From: an uncultured Candidatus Rokubacteria bacterium
GTDB lineage: Bacteria; Methylomirabilota; Methylomirabilia; Rokubacteriales; CSP1-6
Length of the DNA stretch: 64,000 bases
Direction: 5' to 3'
NCBI GenBank assembly: GCA_963762145.1
Contig: CAVXJS010000009.1
Location: 96,001-160,000 of the forward strand
Under the pieces are notes generated by a model, which was not told where the DNA came from, searched no databases, and worked only from the letters and a program-made list of their open reading frames with translations. Both the position numbers and the translations under genes were made by a program. How positions within the stretch are numbered: position 1 is the stretch's first letter; the number at the start of each line of letters is the position of its first letter. Below, piece by piece: positions 12,122 to 23,963 of the stretch.

Positions 12122-12886
12122 CTAGCACGCCCGCTCGGGGAGCGCCGCCACCGTGACCAGGCGGCCGGCGCCGCGCTCGCGGCGATAGGAGAAGAGCAGA
12201 TCCGGGCGGCACCCGGTGCAGAGGCGCAGGCTGTCGACACGGTCGGGCCGGACCCCCGCCCCGGAGAGCTGGTCCAGGTTGGCCCCCCAGAGGTCGAGCA
12301 TCCACTTGCCCGGCCCCTTGGGCGTCATCCACCCCTCCCACGCGCCCGGGAACGCGGCCTGGAACCGCTCGATCACGGGGGCATCCACCTCGTAGCAGCA
12401 CGGGCCGATGGACGGCCCGATGGCGACCACCAGATCGGCCGCCGCGCTCCCTGCCGCGACCAGGTCGGCGACGGCGGCGCGGGTCACCCCCTGGACGGTG
12501 CCTCGCCAGCCCGCGTGCACCGCGGCCAGCCGCCCGGCGTGCGCGTCGTAGAGCACGATGGGCAGGCAATCAGCGGTGGAGATGGCCAGCGGCAGGCCGC
12601 GACGGGCCGTCGCCAGGGCATCACCGTGGCCCGCGAGCCCGCCCTTCTCCGCGCGCAGGACGGCCGCGCCGTGCACCTGCCTGGCGAAGGCGGCCTGGCC
12701 CCCGAGTCCACGCGGCGCGAGGAGCGGCGCGGCCTCGGGCCCGAAAGGGGGTCGCGGCTCGGTCGGCTTGACCACGCCTGGGAAGTGACGCGTGGTGAAC
12801 AGATGCGGCAGCCCGTGGTCCTCGAGCAGCCGGGATGTCACGAAGCGCGGCGGATCATCGTGCAAACGTGGAGCGAATGTCGTCAC
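12122..12886 (-). CDS. pgeF: PgeF/YfiH family (peptidoglycan editing factor / purine nucleoside phosphorylase)
   Basis: QVHG, TADCLP, HAGWRG, GPSIGPCCYEV and FSYRR. Confidence 0.93.
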   Translation of the reverse strand: MTTFAPRLHDDPPRFVTSRLLEDHGLPHLFTTRHFPGVVKPTEPRPPFGPEAAPLLAPRGLGGQAAFARQVHGAAVLRAEKGGLAGHGDALATARRGLPLAISTADCLPIVLYDAHAGRLAAVHAGWRGTVQGVTRAAVADLVAAGSAAADLVVAIGPSIGPCCYEVDAPVIERFQAAFPGAWEGWMTPKGPGKWMLDLWGANLDQLSGAGVRPDRVDSLRLCTGCRPDLLFSYRRERGAGRLVTVAALPERAC

Positions 12887-12968
12887 CGGGTCATTCTCTC
12901 ACGACTGCGCTTCGCGCCTGTATGCGCGGGTGGCCGGGAGAACGACTGGCCGGACTACGTCGCCACCG

Positions 12969-13005
12969 CCCCTCGCCCTCTCCCCCGTGAGGGAGAGGAT
13001 GAGGG
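12969..13005. repeat. CCCTCTCCC-type REP-like palindrome
   Basis: CCCCTCGCCCTCTCCCCCGTGAGGGAGAGGATGAGGG, downstream of ftsZ. Confidence 0.6.
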
Positions 13006-13036
13006 ACGGCCTGGATACGGGGGGCGGCGCGCCTCC

Positions 13037-14188
13037 CTAGTCTGCCTGCCGCCGCAGGAACGCGGGCACGTCCAGATCTTCGTCGACCGGCTCCTCGCCT
13101 TCAGCCCGGAGGTCGGCGATGCGCTTGCGCCAGTCCTTGGCCGGCGCGGGGCCGCGCGGCCCCGGGGCGATCGGCACCACCTTGGAGCTCGGCAGCGTCG
13201 CTTCCTTGCGCTCCGTGAATCCGGTCGCGATCACGGTGATGCGCACCTCGTCGTGGAGGCTCTCGTCGATCACCGCGCCGAAGATGATGTTGGCCTCCTC
13301 GTGGGCGGCCTCCTGGACGATGCGGGCCGCCTCTTCGACCTCATGGATGGACAGGTCGGCCCCGCCCGTGAAGTTGATCAGGATGCCGCGCGCCCCCTCG
13401 ATCGAGGTCTCGTCGAGCAGCGGGCTCGCCACCGCCTTCTGGGCCGCGTCGAGCGCGCGGTTCTCGCCCTTGCCGAGGCCGGTGCCCATGAGGGCCATGC
13501 CCATGCCGGACATGATCGTGCGCACGTCGGCGAAGTCCAGGTTGATCAGCCCGGGCACCAGGATCAGGTCCGAGATGCCCTGCACCGCCTGCAGCAGCAC
13601 GGCGTCGGCGACCTTGAACGCCTCGAGCAGCGGGGTGCCGCGATCCACCACCGCGAGCAGCCGCTGGTTGGGGATCGCGATCAGGGTGTCCACCACCGCG
13701 CGCAGCTCGGCCATCCCCGCCTCGGCCTGGAGCGCGCGCTTGCGGCCCTCGAACGCGAAGGGCTTGGTCACCACCGCGACGGTGAGGATGCCGAGCTCCT
13801 TGGCCACCGAGGCCACGATCGGGGCGGAGCCGGTGCCGGTACCGCCGCCCAGGCCCGCGGTGACGAAGACCATGTCGGCGCCTTCCAGCTCCTTCTTGAT
13901 CGCCTCGCGATCTTCGAGCGCCGCGTTCTTTCCGACCTCGGGATCCGAGCCCGCCCCGAGACCCGAGGTGAGCCGGGCGCCGAGCTGCAGCTTCACGGGT
14001 GCCGGGGAGGACTTGAGCGCCTGCAGATCGGTATTGGCGACTATGAAATCCACCCCGGTGAAGGAGGCCGCCATCATGCGGTTGACCGCGTTGGAGCCGC
14101 CCCCGCCGAGGCCGATCACCTTGATCTTCGCCGCCTCGCGCTCGTCCTCCAGCTCGAACACCGGTCGCCGCCCCTGAGTGTGCTCCAT
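13037..14188 (-). CDS. ftsZ: Cell division protein FtsZ
   Basis: [25 protein letters not shown]-terminal [13 protein letters not shown]; AAGGAGG before the ATG at 14188. Confidence 0.99.
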   Translation of the reverse strand: MEHTQGRRPVFELEDEREAAKIKVIGLGGGGSNAVNRMMAASFTGVDFIVANTDLQALKSSPAPVKLQLGARLTSGLGAGSDPEVGKNAALEDREAIKKELEGADMVFVTAGLGGGTGTGSAPIVASVAKELGILTVAVVTKPFAFEGRKRALQAEAGMAELRAVVDTLIAIPNQRLLAVVDRGTPLLEAFKVADAVLLQAVQGISDLILVPGLINLDFADVRTIMSGMGMALMGTGLGKGENRALDAAQKAVASPLLDETSIEGARGILINFTGGADLSIHEVEEAARIVQEAAHEEANIIFGAVIDESLHDEVRITVIATGFTERKEATLPSSKVVPIAPGPRGPAPAKDWRKRIADLRAEGEEPVDEDLDVPAFLRRQAD

Positions 14189-14297
14189 CGAGTCCTCCTT
14201 CAATCGAGCTCGTGGTTGCCGCGCCCGGACGGGCGGCACGTTCGTGAAGAGCTCCGCCTGTCCGGCGGCGCGCGAAGGCTTCCCTTCGCCGCCTCCC

Positions 14298-15545
14298 CTA
14301 GAAGAGTTCCGCAAACCAGTCCCTCAGGCGCCGGCCGGTGCGACCGACCAGCGTACCGTCGTCCACTTCGGTGGGCCCGCCGCCCGCGCCGTGGCCGCGC
14401 GCCCCGTAGAGCGCGAGCCCCACCGCGGTCGCGTGGATCGGGCTCTGCACCACGTCGGCGAGCCCGGAGAGTCCCGCGGGCACCCCGCGCCGCACCGGCA
14501 TGTCGAAGACCTGCTCGGCCAGCTCGGGCACGCCGTGCATGATCGAGCTGCCCCCGGTGACCACCACCCCGCCCGCGGCCACGTCGTTGAGCCCGCCGCG
14601 CACGAGGTCGCGCGCGACCAGCGTGAAGATCTCCTCGACGCGGGGCTGGATGATCTCGGACAGGATCTGGCGCGAGAGCTGCCGCGCCTTGCGGCCGCCC
14701 ACGCTCGGCACGTCGACCACCTCGTCCTCGCGCACCAGGGCGGTCAGCGCGCAGCCGTGACGCTTCTTCAGCTCCTCCGCGTCCGCGGTCGGGGTGCGCA
14801 GGCCCACCGCGATGTCGTTCGAGATGTGGTCGCCGCCCAGCGGCAGGCTGCCGGTGTGCCAGACCGCGCCGTCCCGGAAGAGGGCCACGTCGGTGGTGCC
14901 GCCGCCCAGGTCGATCAAGAGGATCCCGAGCTCCTTCTCCTCGGCCGAGATCACCGCCTCCGCGGAGGCGAGCGGCTCCAGCACGAGATCCTGCACCTGC
15001 AGCCCCGCGCGATTGACACTGCGCACCACGTTGCGCACCGAGGTGGTGGCCCCGGTGACGAGGTGCACCTCCACCTCGAGCCGCACCCCGGACATGCCGA
15101 GCGGCTCCTTCACTCCGTCCTGGTCGTCGACCAGGAAGGTCTGGGGGAGGACGTGGATGATCTCGCGATCCTGCGGCAGGTTGACCGCGCGGGCCGCGTC
15201 GAGCGCGCGCTCGACGTCGGCCTGACTCACCTCGCGGTGCTTGCCGGAGACGGCCACCACCCCGCGGCTGTTGATGCCGCGGATGTGCCCGCCGGCCACC
15301 CCCGCGATCACCGACTGGATCTCCACGCCCGCCATCTCCTCGGCCTCGGCGACGGCGTGCTTGATGGATTCGACGGTGGAGTCGATGTTGACCACCACCC
15401 CCTTGCGCAGTCCCCGCGACGGGCTCATCCCGACGCCGATGATGTCGAGATTGCCGACCGGCGACCAGTCGGCGATGACACAGCAGATCTTGGTCGTCCC
15501 CACGTCCAGTCCGGCGATGACCTGACGCACTCGGGATCTGGCCAT
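14298..15545 (-). CDS. ftsA: Cell division protein FtsA
   Basis: [29 protein letters not shown] and a C-terminal amphipathic LRDWFAELF. Confidence 0.98.
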   Translation of the reverse strand: MARSRVRQVIAGLDVGTTKICCVIADWSPVGNLDIIGVGMSPSRGLRKGVVVNIDSTVESIKHAVAEAEEMAGVEIQSVIAGVAGGHIRGINSRGVVAVSGKHREVSQADVERALDAARAVNLPQDREIIHVLPQTFLVDDQDGVKEPLGMSGVRLEVEVHLVTGATTSVRNVVRSVNRAGLQVQDLVLEPLASAEAVISAEEKELGILLIDLGGGTTDVALFRDGAVWHTGSLPLGGDHISNDIAVGLRTPTADAEELKKRHGCALTALVREDEVVDVPSVGGRKARQLSRQILSEIIQPRVEEIFTLVARDLVRGGLNDVAAGGVVVTGGSSIMHGVPELAEQVFDMPVRRGVPAGLSGLADVVQSPIHATAVGLALYGARGHGAGGGPTEVDDGTLVGRTGRRLRDWFAELF

Positions 15546-15553
15546 TTCCCTCC

Positions 15554-16420
15554 TCACCTCGCCACGGCCTTGAGGACCACCTGATCGCGGAAGCGCAGAT
15601 CGATCGTGCTGACCGGCTCGCCTCCCGCCCGCAGCTGGGCCAGCACGCCCTGCAGCCGGCCGAGCCGAGCCTCCCAGTCCTCCGCGCCCAGCCGCACCTC
15701 GACGCCCTCCACGGTGTAGAGCACGGGCCCGTCGGGCCGGCTCACGTCGATCTCCGAGATCTGCCGCAGCAGCGCGGTCTCGGAGCGCAGCAGCATCCGC
15801 AGCAGCGAGATCCCGGCCGCAACCCGCGGGCTCGGCGTGCCGTCGCCCGCCGCGAGATCCGCGGGGACCAGTCCGGTGATGACCGGGGCCTCCGGCGCCA
15901 CCGCGCGCGGCTCCGCGCCCAGGCTCACCCCCTGCTCGTCGATCCAGTGCAGCCGCCCCGCGTGGGCGAGCGTGAAGGGCCGCCGTTCTTCCACCGCCAC
16001 CGTGACCCGGTTCGGGAAGCGGCGCACCACGTCGGCGCGCCGCACGAGCGGCAGGCTCTCGAGGCGGGCCACCACCGAGCTCCGGTCGAGCCGGAAGAGA
16101 TTGACCCCCGGGCCGATGCCGGACGCGGCCACGATCTCCGCCGGCGTGAGCCGGCTCGCGCCCACCACCGCGACCTCGGTGATCGCAAAGCGCGGCGACG
16201 TGAGCAGCCAGCCGACCGCGCCGGCGCCCGCCCCGAGCACCGCGAGCGACACCGCGATCGGCACGATGCGCGTGGCGATCCACCGCGCGCGCCGACTCAA
16301 CCGGCGCGCGAGCCGCACGCGCGACACCCGCTGCCGGGCCATCGCGCTGCCCTGCTCCGCGAGATCCTCGACGCGGGCCTGCCGGCCTCGCGGTGAAATT
16401 ACCGAGCTATGTGCGCGCAT
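15554..16420 (-). CDS. ftsQ: Cell division protein FtsQ/DivIB (start approximate)
   Basis: Single TM helix, POTRA region (RRFPNRVTVAVEERRP), C-terminal IDLRF; lies just upstream of ftsA. Confidence 0.92.
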   Translation of the reverse strand: MRAHSSVISPRGRQARVEDLAEQGSAMARQRVSRVRLARRLSRRARWIATRIVPIAVSLAVLGAGAGAVGWLLTSPRFAITEVAVVGASRLTPAEIVAASGIGPGVNLFRLDRSSVVARLESLPLVRRADVVRRFPNRVTVAVEERRPFTLAHAGRLHWIDEQGVSLGAEPRAVAPEAPVITGLVPADLAAGDGTPSPRVAAGISLLRMLLRSETALLRQISEIDVSRPDGPVLYTVEGVEVRLGAEDWEARLGRLQGVLAQLRAGGEPVSTIDLRFRDQVVLKAVAR

Positions 16421-16499
16421 GAGCACCGGAACGGATGTGAGCGCCGGAACGGACATCCGCGCGCGGCGGCAAGGTCCGGTAGTCCGGCTTGTCCGCGGT

Positions 16500-16548
16500 T
16501 GGGGAAGTGCGGGGGCCATGTCTGGGCCTCCGCATCAGATAAAAGAGC
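16500..16548. repeat. Hairpin repeat TGCGGGGGCC-N7-GGCCYCCGCA, copy 1
   Basis: Matches 47060-47105, including the TGGGG(A/G)AG and AGAGC flanks. Confidence 0.75.
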
Positions 16549-16612
16549 GGGTACACACTACCTCCCAAATGGTGATGCGGACGCAAACCGAGCGTTCCAG
16601 CCGGCATGTCCG

Positions 16613-17497
16613 CTAGATCTCCCCCATGGTCTTCATCTCGGGCTCGAGCGTGATGCCGAAGTGGTTGCGCACCCGATCGAGGGTGAGCTGCATGAGGGCC
16701 TTGATGTCGGCGGCGGCGGCGCCGCCCCGGTTCACGATGAAGTTGGCGTGCTTGGCCGAGATCTCCGCGCCGTTCAGCCGCTTGCCCTTGAGGCCCACCT
16801 TCTCGATCAGCCGGGTGGCGGTCTCGCCCGGGGGGTTCTTCCACACGCAGCCCACCGAGGCCAGGGCCAGCGGCTGGGTGGACTTCTTCTGCTTGAGGCG
16901 CTGCTTGATGTCCTTCTGGATCTCCGCGAAGGGCCGCCGGTGCAGCTGCAGGCGCGCGCCGATCAGCACCGACTTGGCCGGCGGCGTGAACACGTTGTAG
17001 CTGAACGAGCCGCCCGCCCCCGGCTTGAACTCGCCGAGGGTTCCGTCGGGATACAGGAAGTACACCGCGGAGATGAAGTCCGCGATGCCGCCGTCCTGGG
17101 TGCCCGCGTTCATGGCCACCGCGCCGCCCACCGTGGCGGGCACGCCGACCAGGCACTCGATGCCGCCCAGGTTCAGCGCGGCCGCCTCGCGGATCAGGGC
17201 GGAGAGGCTCACCCCCGCGCCGGCCACCGCCTCCTCGCCGTTGAACTCGGCGCGGCCGAGACAGCCCTCCAGCTTGAGCACCACTCCGCGCACCCCGCGG
17301 TCGCTCACCAGCAGGTTGTTGCCGCCGCCGATGACGTCGAGCGACAGCTGCTCCCGCTCCGCGAACGACAGGGCGAGCCGGATGTCCTCCACGTCCTGCG
17401 GCACGATGAAGATGTCCGCGGGACCTCCGATGCGCAAGGAGGTGTGAAAGCTGAGGGGTTCCTTGAACCGGACCTCGCCTCGAATCTCTCCCAGCAT
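16613..17497 (-). CDS. murB: UDP-N-acetylenolpyruvoylglucosamine reductase
   Basis: HTSLRIGGPA, GGGNNLLVSD, GGAVAMNAG and KHANFIVN. Confidence 0.96.
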   Translation of the reverse strand: MLGEIRGEVRFKEPLSFHTSLRIGGPADIFIVPQDVEDIRLALSFAEREQLSLDVIGGGNNLLVSDRGVRGVVLKLEGCLGRAEFNGEEAVAGAGVSLSALIREAAALNLGGIECLVGVPATVGGAVAMNAGTQDGGIADFISAVYFLYPDGTLGEFKPGAGGSFSYNVFTPPAKSVLIGARLQLHRRPFAEIQKDIKQRLKQKKSTQPLALASVGCVWKNPPGETATRLIEKVGLKGKRLNGAEISAKHANFIVNRGGAAAADIKALMQLTLDRVRNHFGITLEPEMKTMGEI

Positions 17498-17499
17498 GT

Positions 17500-18900
17500 C
17501 TATCTCCTCTTGGATGTCGTCCCGGAGTCCGGGCCGAGCCGCGTGAGCAGTTCCCCGCCCAGCAGCCCCACGTCGCCCGCCCCGAGAGTGAGCACGAGAT
17601 CACCCGCCCTGGTGGATTCGCACAGGTAGTCGACGATGGCCGCGCGGTCGCCGCCCAGAAAGAGCACCTCTCGGTGCCCGTGGGCCGCGATGCCGTCGGC
17701 AAGATCGCGCGCGTGGACGCCCGGGATCGGCGCCTCGCCCGCCGCATAGATGTCCATGACGATGAGGACGTCCGACTGGTAGAACGCGGTCAGGAAGTCG
17801 TTCCACAGATGCTGCGTCCGGGAGTAGCGATGCGGCTGGAACACCGTGATCACACGACGGTCGAACCCCGCCTTGGCGGCGGCGAGGGTCGCCCGGATCT
17901 CGGCCGGGTGATGGCCGTAGTCGTCCACCACGAGCACGCCCTGGGCCTCACCCCGGATCTGGAACCGGCGCTGGACGCCCGCGAAGGACGCGAGCGCGGC
18001 CTGGATCTTGTCGAACGGCATCTCGAGATCGAGCCCCACCGCGGCGGCGGCGAGCGCGTTCAGCACGTTGTGCCGTCCGGGCACCTGCAGCGCGACCGGC
18101 CCCAGCGACTTGCCGCGATGCACCACTTCGAACTCCGACCGCATCTCGGCGAACGAGAGCCGCCGGGCCATCAGGTCGGCGCCCGCCTCGAGCCCGTAGG
18201 TCACCACGCGCTTCTCGATCCTCGGGATCATCCGCTGGATGTTGGGGTCATCGAGGCAGACCACCGCCGAGCCGTAGAACGGGACCTTGTTCACGAAGGT
18301 GAGGAACGCGGCCACGATCGAGTCGAGATCGGCGTAGTGATCCAGGTGCTCCGCGTCCACCGTGGTCACCACCGCGATGGTCGGCGAGAGCTTGAGGAAC
18401 GTCCCGTCCGACTCGTCGGCCTCCGCAACCAGGAACTCGCCCTGGCCGAGCCGCGCGTTGGCGCCGAGGCCGTGCACGCGCCCGCCCACCACCACGGTGG
18501 GGTCGAAGCCGCCCGCGCCCAGCACCGCCGCCACCATCGAGGTGGTCGTGGTCTTGCCGTGGGTGCCCGCGATCGCGATGCCGTACTTGAGGCGCATGAG
18601 CTCGGCGAGCATCTCGGCTCGCCCGATCACCGGCACTCCGCGCTGGCGCGCCGCCTGCACCTCCACGTTGTCGCGCGCGACCGCCGAGGAGTAGACGACG
18701 ACCTGCGCGCCCTCGACGTGGGCCGCCTCGTGGCCCAGGTACACCTTCGCCCCCAGCCGCTCGAGCCGCTCCACCGTGTCGCTCCGCCGCGCGTCGGAGC
18801 CGGTCACGCGGTAGCCCAGGGTGAGCAGGACCTCCGCGATGCCGCTCATGCCGACGCCGCCGATGCCCACGAAGTGGATGTGCTGGTACTTCTTGAACAT
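17500..18900 (-). CDS. murC: UDP-N-acetylmuramate--L-alanine ligase
   Basis: [34 protein letters not shown] and FQPHRYSRT. Confidence 0.98.
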   Translation of the reverse strand: MFKKYQHIHFVGIGGVGMSGIAEVLLTLGYRVTGSDARRSDTVERLERLGAKVYLGHEAAHVEGAQVVVYSSAVARDNVEVQAARQRGVPVIGRAEMLAELMRLKYGIAIAGTHGKTTTTSMVAAVLGAGGFDPTVVVGGRVHGLGANARLGQGEFLVAEADESDGTFLKLSPTIAVVTTVDAEHLDHYADLDSIVAAFLTFVNKVPFYGSAVVCLDDPNIQRMIPRIEKRVVTYGLEAGADLMARRLSFAEMRSEFEVVHRGKSLGPVALQVPGRHNVLNALAAAAVGLDLEMPFDKIQAALASFAGVQRRFQIRGEAQGVLVVDDYGHHPAEIRATLAAAKAGFDRRVITVFQPHRYSRTQHLWNDFLTAFYQSDVLIVMDIYAAGEAPIPGVHARDLADGIAAHGHREVLFLGGDRAAIVDYLCESTRAGDLVLTLGAGDVGLLGGELLTRLGPDSGTTSKRR

Positions 18901-20027
18901 CAGGCGGACTTCCCCATGAACGTCTCTCGGTAGCCGGTTCCGTGCTGGGAGATGTTGAGGAGCACGCCCGCCGAGAAGAGCGTCATCAGGAGCGCCGAGC
19001 CCCCGAAGGAGATGAACGGCAGCGGCAGCCCCTTGGTCGGCAGCGCGCCCGTCACCACGCCCAGGTTCACGAGGGTCTGGGTCGCGAGCATGATGGTGAG
19101 CCCGAGCCCCAGGTAGGCGCCGAAGGCGTCCGGGGCGCGCAGGCCGACCCGCAGGCCGCGCCAGATCAGGAGCGCGAACAGCGCGACGATCGCGGTGGCG
19201 CCCACCAGCCCCAGCTCCTCGCCGATGATCGCGAAGATGAAGTCGGTGTAGGGCTCCGGCAGGTAGAAGAGCTTCTGCTTCGAATCGCCGAGCCCCACCC
19301 CGAGCCAGCCCCCCGAGCCCAGGGCCAGGAACGACTGGATGATCTGGAAGCCGCTCCCCTGCGGATCGTCCCACGGGTTGACGAACGCGACCATGCGGCG
19401 CCACCGGTAGGGCTTCATGGCGATGGCCGCGATCACCACCGGGAGGGCGCAGCCCGCGATCGCGGCCATGTGCTGCACGCGGGCGCCCGCCATGTAGGCG
19501 AGCGCGAGCGTCAGGATGATGAGGGCCAGGCTGTTGCCCAGGTCCGGCTGCAGCAGGGTGAGGGCGGCCATGCCGCCCGCCACCAGGAGAATCGGGAGCA
19601 GACCCTCGGTGAAGCGCGCGATGACCTCCTGCCGCCGGCTGAGGAACGAGGCCAGGTAGAGCACGAGGGAGAACTTGGCCAGCTCCACCGGCTGGAAGGA
19701 GACCGGCCCCACGTGGAACCAGCGCCGCGTGCCGTTGATGGACTGCCCGAACGGCGGCACCAGCACGAGCACGAGCAGGGCGAAGGAGAGCACGAGCAGG
19801 GGGATCACCAGCCGCTCGAGCCAGCGGTAGTCGAGCAGCATGCCGACCCACAGGCCGCCGAGCCCGAGCAGGGCCCAGAAGAGCTGCTTCTTCAGGAAGA
19901 AGAACGGATCGTGGAAGCGATCCGCGGCCACGATCGCGCTCGCCGAGTAGACCATGACCACGCCCACGCACACGAGGGTCACCACCACCCCGAAGAGCGG
20001 CAGGTCGGGCGTGAGCTTGCGGGGCAT
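18900..20027 (-). CDS. ftsW: Peptidoglycan glycosyltransferase FtsW
   Basis: [30 protein letters not shown] and [16 protein letters not shown]. Confidence 0.97.
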   Translation of the reverse strand: MPRKLTPDLPLFGVVVTLVCVGVVMVYSASAIVAADRFHDPFFFLKKQLFWALLGLGGLWVGMLLDYRWLERLVIPLLVLSFALLVLVLVPPFGQSINGTRRWFHVGPVSFQPVELAKFSLVLYLASFLSRRQEVIARFTEGLLPILLVAGGMAALTLLQPDLGNSLALIILTLALAYMAGARVQHMAAIAGCALPVVIAAIAMKPYRWRRMVAFVNPWDDPQGSGFQIIQSFLALGSGGWLGVGLGDSKQKLFYLPEPYTDFIFAIIGEELGLVGATAIVALFALLIWRGLRVGLRAPDAFGAYLGLGLTIMLATQTLVNLGVVTGALPTKGLPLPFISFGGSALLMTLFSAGVLLNISQHGTGYRETFMGKSA

Positions 20028-21478
20028 CAGGCGAGCAGCGCCCGCACCACGGACTTGAAGACGTCGCCGCGGTGCTCGAAGTTGCGGAACATGTCGAACG
20101 ACGCGCACGCGGGCGAGAGCAGCACCACGTCGCCCACCTGGGCCGCGTCGCGGGCGCGGCGGACCGCGTCGTCCATGGACTCCGCGTCCTCCGCGGGGAC
20201 CCCGGCCGGCTCCAGCGCGGCGCGGATCCGCACGCGGTCCTGGCCGATGAGGATCGCGCGGCGCACCCGGCCGCGGGCCGCCTCCGCGAGCGGGCCGAAG
20301 TCCTGGCCCTTGCCCTTGCCCCCCGCGATCAGGACCACCGGCTCGGTGAAGCTCTCGAGCGCCTTGATCGTCGAGTCCACGTTGGTGCCCTTGGAGTCGT
20401 TGTAGTAGACGACCCCGCGATCGTCGTGCACCCGCTCGATGCGGTGGGCCACCCCGCGGAAGGCCGCGATCCCGCGCCGGATCGCGGAGGGCGACATGCC
20501 GGTCCAGAGCGCGCACGCGGTGGCCGCGAGCACGTTCTCCACGTTGTGCTGGCCGCGCAGCGTGATCTCGGTGACCGGGCAGATGCGCTCGGTGCTGCCG
20601 TTGAGCTTGGCCACGATCCAGCCGTCGTAGATGAAGACCCCGTGGGTATGGGTCAGGGTCGTGAGCCGGCTGAACCAGATCACCCGCCCGCGCGCCCGGC
20701 CCCCCAGCCCGGCGGTGACCGGGTCGTCCGCGTTCAGCACCACGCAGTCGGTGGGAGTCTGGTTGGCGAAGATCCGCGCCTTGGCGTCCACGTAGCGCTC
20801 GAAGGTGCCGTGCCGGTCGAGGTGGTCGGGCGTGATGTTGAGGATCGCGCCGACGCGCGGGCGGAACCGGTCGGTGGTGTCGAGCTGGAAGCTGGACGTC
20901 TCGGCCACCACGAGCCCGTCGCCCGGGAACTCGAGCGCGTGCTCGGCCAGGGGCGTCCCGATGTTGCCGCCCACCAGCACCGGGCGCACCTGGGTGCGCA
21001 GCAGCTCCCCGGTCAGCGCGGTGGTCGTGGTCTTGCCGTTGGTGCCGGTGATCGCGATGACGTCGGCTTCCATCACCCGCCACGCGAGCTCGAGCTCGCC
21101 GATGATGGGCACCCCGCGGGCGCGCATCGCGACGAGCGCGGGCAGCTCGAGCGGCACGCCCGGGCTCACGACGACCAATTCCGCGCTCGCGAACGCGGCG
21201 TCGGGATGGCCGCCCGTCCAGAGCACGCAGCCGAGCTGCTCGAGGGCGCGGGCGTCCGCGGGCAGCGCCTCGAGCGGGCTCGAGTCGGAGGCGAGCACGC
21301 GGCCGCCGAGGCGGCGAATGAGCCGCCCGGCCGCCACCCCGCTCTTGGCCAGCCCGACCACGGAGACGGTCTTCCCCGCGATGGACTGGCGATAGGTCGC
21401 GCCTCGCTCGCCGTTACCGCTCACGAAGATCCCCGTGGGATACGGGACGTCCCGTCGCAGCGAGATCGTGATGGCCAT
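20027..21478 (-). CDS. murD: UDP-MurNAc-L-Ala--D-glutamate ligase (start may lie ~90 nt downstream)
   Basis: [34 protein letters not shown] and [10 protein letters not shown]. Confidence 0.97.
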   Translation of the reverse strand: MAITISLRRDVPYPTGIFVSGNGERGATYRQSIAGKTVSVVGLAKSGVAAGRLIRRLGGRVLASDSSPLEALPADARALEQLGCVLWTGGHPDAAFASAELVVVSPGVPLELPALVAMRARGVPIIGELELAWRVMEADVIAITGTNGKTTTTALTGELLRTQVRPVLVGGNIGTPLAEHALEFPGDGLVVAETSSFQLDTTDRFRPRVGAILNITPDHLDRHGTFERYVDAKARIFANQTPTDCVVLNADDPVTAGLGGRARGRVIWFSRLTTLTHTHGVFIYDGWIVAKLNGSTERICPVTEITLRGQHNVENVLAATACALWTGMSPSAIRRGIAAFRGVAHRIERVHDDRGVVYYNDSKGTNVDSTIKALESFTEPVVLIAGGKGKGQDFGPLAEAARGRVRRAILIGQDRVRIRAALEPAGVPAEDAESMDDAVRRARDAAQVGDVVLLSPACASFDMFRNFEHRGDVFKSVVRALLA

Positions 21479-21489
21479 TTCATATCACC

Positions 21490-22572
21490 TCAGCGGAGCT
21501 TCAGGGTGGTGAGCGCCAGCAACGCGAGCATGAACGACAGGATCCAGAAACGGACGATGATCTTGGGCTCCGCCCAGCCCTTGATCTCGTAGTGATGGTG
21601 CAGCGGGGCCATCTTGAAGACCCGCTTCCCGGTCAGCTTGAACGAGGTCACCTGGATGATGACCGAGGCCGCCTCCACCACGTAGATGCCGCCGATGAGG
21701 GGCAGCAGGAGCTCCGACTTGGTGAGCACCGCGAGCGTCCCGATGGCCCCGCCGAGGGCCAGCGAGCCCACGTCGCCCATGAACACCTGCGCGGGATAGC
21801 TGTTGAACCAGAGGAAGCCGAGCGCCGCGCCCACGAGGGCGCCGCAGAAGATGGTCAGCTCGCCGGTGCCCTTGACGTTGAGGATGCGCAGGTACTCCGC
21901 GGCCCGGAAGTTGCCGGTGAGGTACGCGATCACCGCGAAGGCCCCGCCCGCGGTCACGATCGGCCCGATGGCGAGCCCGTCGAGCCCGTCGGTCAGGTTC
22001 ACCGCGTTGGACGCGCCCACGATCACCAGGATCGCGAACGGGATCCAGAGCCAGCCGAAGGTGATGAGCCAGCCCTTGAAGAACGGGATCACGACGCTGG
22101 TGGTGAAGCCGTCCGCCGGCCACCAGTAGAGAAATCCCATCAGGAGGCCCACCAGCACGATCTGGGCCCCGAACTTCTCCTTGGCCGAGATGCCGCGGCG
22201 GGTCTTGAGCTTCTTCCAGTCGTCTTTCAGGCCGATCAGCCCCATGCCCGCGGTGGCCAGCATCAGCACCCACATGTAGCGGTTGCGCAGGTTGGCCCAC
22301 AGGAGGGTCGACACCAGGATCGCCACCAGGATCCCGATGCCGCCCATGGTGGGCGTGCCGGTCTTGGTCTTCTGGTGCCGCTCCGGCGTATCCTCGCGAA
22401 CCGTGCTCTCCCCGTGCTGCATCTGGCGCAGCCGATTGATGAGCCACGGCCCCAGCAGGAAGGAGATCACCAGGGCGGTGACCGTCGCCATCGCGGTCCG
22501 GAAGGTGATGTACCGGAACACGTTGAACGCGGTGTTGTACTTCGCGAGCGGCACGAGGAGCTCGTAGAGCAC
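21490..22572 (-). CDS. mraY: Phospho-MurNAc-pentapeptide transferase
   Basis: FRYITFR, GTPTMGG, SNAVNLTDGLDGL, FMGDVGSL and MAPLHHHYE. Confidence 0.98.
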   Translation of the reverse strand: MLYELLVPLAKYNTAFNVFRYITFRTAMATVTALVISFLLGPWLINRLRQMQHGESTVREDTPERHQKTKTGTPTMGGIGILVAILVSTLLWANLRNRYMWVLMLATAGMGLIGLKDDWKKLKTRRGISAKEKFGAQIVLVGLLMGFLYWWPADGFTTSVVIPFFKGWLITFGWLWIPFAILVIVGASNAVNLTDGLDGLAIGPIVTAGGAFAVIAYLTGNFRAAEYLRILNVKGTGELTIFCGALVGAALGFLWFNSYPAQVFMGDVGSLALGGAIGTLAVLTKSELLLPLIGGIYVVEAASVIIQVTSFKLTGKRVFKMAPLHHHYEIKGWAEPKIIVRFWILSFMLALLALTTLKLR

Positions 22573-23963
22573 TAGCCAGCCACTCCTCCGAAGCGAGCCA
22601 CGAGCGCGTCCACCACACGCTCCATGCGCATGCCCCGGGAACCCTTGACGAGCACCGCGTCGCCGGGCGCGAGCCGCTTGAGCAGCAGCGCCACCGCATC
22701 CTCGAAGGTGGTCACGTGATGGCTCTCCGCCAGGCCCGCCTGACGCGCCGCTTCCACCGCGGTCTGAGCCCAGCGGCCCATGCCGACGAACTCGCCCGCG
22801 CCCGACGCGGCGACCGCGCGGCCCATGTCGCGATGCGCGGCCTCGCTGATCTCGCCCAGCTCCAGCATATCGCCCAGCACCACCACGCGCCGCGGCGCGT
22901 CGGCGGCCGCGGCGAGCGTGGCCAGCGCGGCGCTCACCGAGGTCGGGTTGGCGTTGTAGGTGTCGTCGAGGATGCGCAGGGCCCCCGCGCGCCGCCAGAC
23001 GCAGCGGCCCTTGGCCGGGTGCGCGGCCTCGAGCCCGCGGGCGACCTGCTCGAGGGTGAGCCCGAGGGCGAGCCCGATCCCGGCCGCGGCCAGCGCGTTG
23101 ATCACGTTGTGCCGTCCCGCGAAGTGCAGGCGCACCGGCCGCCGGGCGGTGCCGGCGGCCAGCGTGAAGCGCAGCCCGTCCCCGTCGTCTTCCGCCGGCC
23201 CCGCCGCGAACACGTCCGCCCCGGGACGCGTGCCGAAGTAGAGCACCCGCGCCCGGCTCTGCGTGTGCATCGCGAGCACGCGCGGGTCGTCGGCGTTGAG
23301 CACCACCGTCCCGTCGGGCGGGATCGCGCGCACCAGCGCGCTCTTCTCCTCGGCCACGCCGTCGAGCGAGCCGAAGAACTCGGTGTGGGCGCTCGACACC
23401 ACCGTGACCGCGCCGACGGTGGGCCGGCAGATCGCGGCGAGCGAGGCGATCTCGCCCGGCGTGTTCGCCCCCAGCTCGAGCGCGAGCGCCTTGTGCTCGG
23501 GCCCCAGGCGCAGCAGGGTCAGCGGCAATCCCCACTGATTGTTGAAGCTGCCCTCCGGCTTGAGCACCGGACCGAGCGCGCCCAGGACCGCGGCCATCAT
23601 CTCCTTGGTCGTGGTCTTGCCGTTGCTGCCCGTCACCGCCGCCACCGGCACCGTGAAGCGCGCCCGGTGATAGGCGGCCAGCCGCCCGAGCGCGCGCGTG
23701 GTGTCGTCCACCAGGACCGTCGGCACCGAGGGCGGCAGGTCGTCCGTCAGGTTGGAGACGACCAGGCACGCCGCGCCGCGGGCCGCCGCGTCGCGCAGGA
23801 AGCCGTGGCCGTCGCGGTTCGGCCCGCGGATCGCGAAGAAGGCCTCGCCGATCCCCAGGTGACGGCTGTCGATGCTGACGCCGGTGACGGGCACGCCGAG
23901 GTCGCCCGCCACGAGGGCGCCCTGGGTCCCGCGGACCACGTCCTCGACGCTCAGCCCCGCCAC
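22572..23963 (-). CDS. murF: UDP-MurNAc-tripeptide--D-Ala-D-Ala ligase
   Basis: SIDSR, VTGSNGKTTTKEM, DDTYNANP, GDMLELG and VKGSRGM. Confidence 0.97.
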   Translation of the reverse strand: MAGLSVEDVVRGTQGALVAGDLGVPVTGVSIDSRHLGIGEAFFAIRGPNRDGHGFLRDAAARGAACLVVSNLTDDLPPSVPTVLVDDTTRALGRLAAYHRARFTVPVAAVTGSNGKTTTKEMMAAVLGALGPVLKPEGSFNNQWGLPLTLLRLGPEHKALALELGANTPGEIASLAAICRPTVGAVTVVSSAHTEFFGSLDGVAEEKSALVRAIPPDGTVVLNADDPRVLAMHTQSRARVLYFGTRPGADVFAAGPAEDDGDGLRFTLAAGTARRPVRLHFAGRHNVINALAAAGIGLALGLTLEQVARGLEAAHPAKGRCVWRRAGALRILDDTYNANPTSVSAALATLAAAADAPRRVVVLGDMLELGEISEAAHRDMGRAVAASGAGEFVGMGRWAQTAVEAARQAGLAESHHVTTFEDAVALLLKRLAPGDAVLVKGSRGMRMERVVDALVARFGGVAG

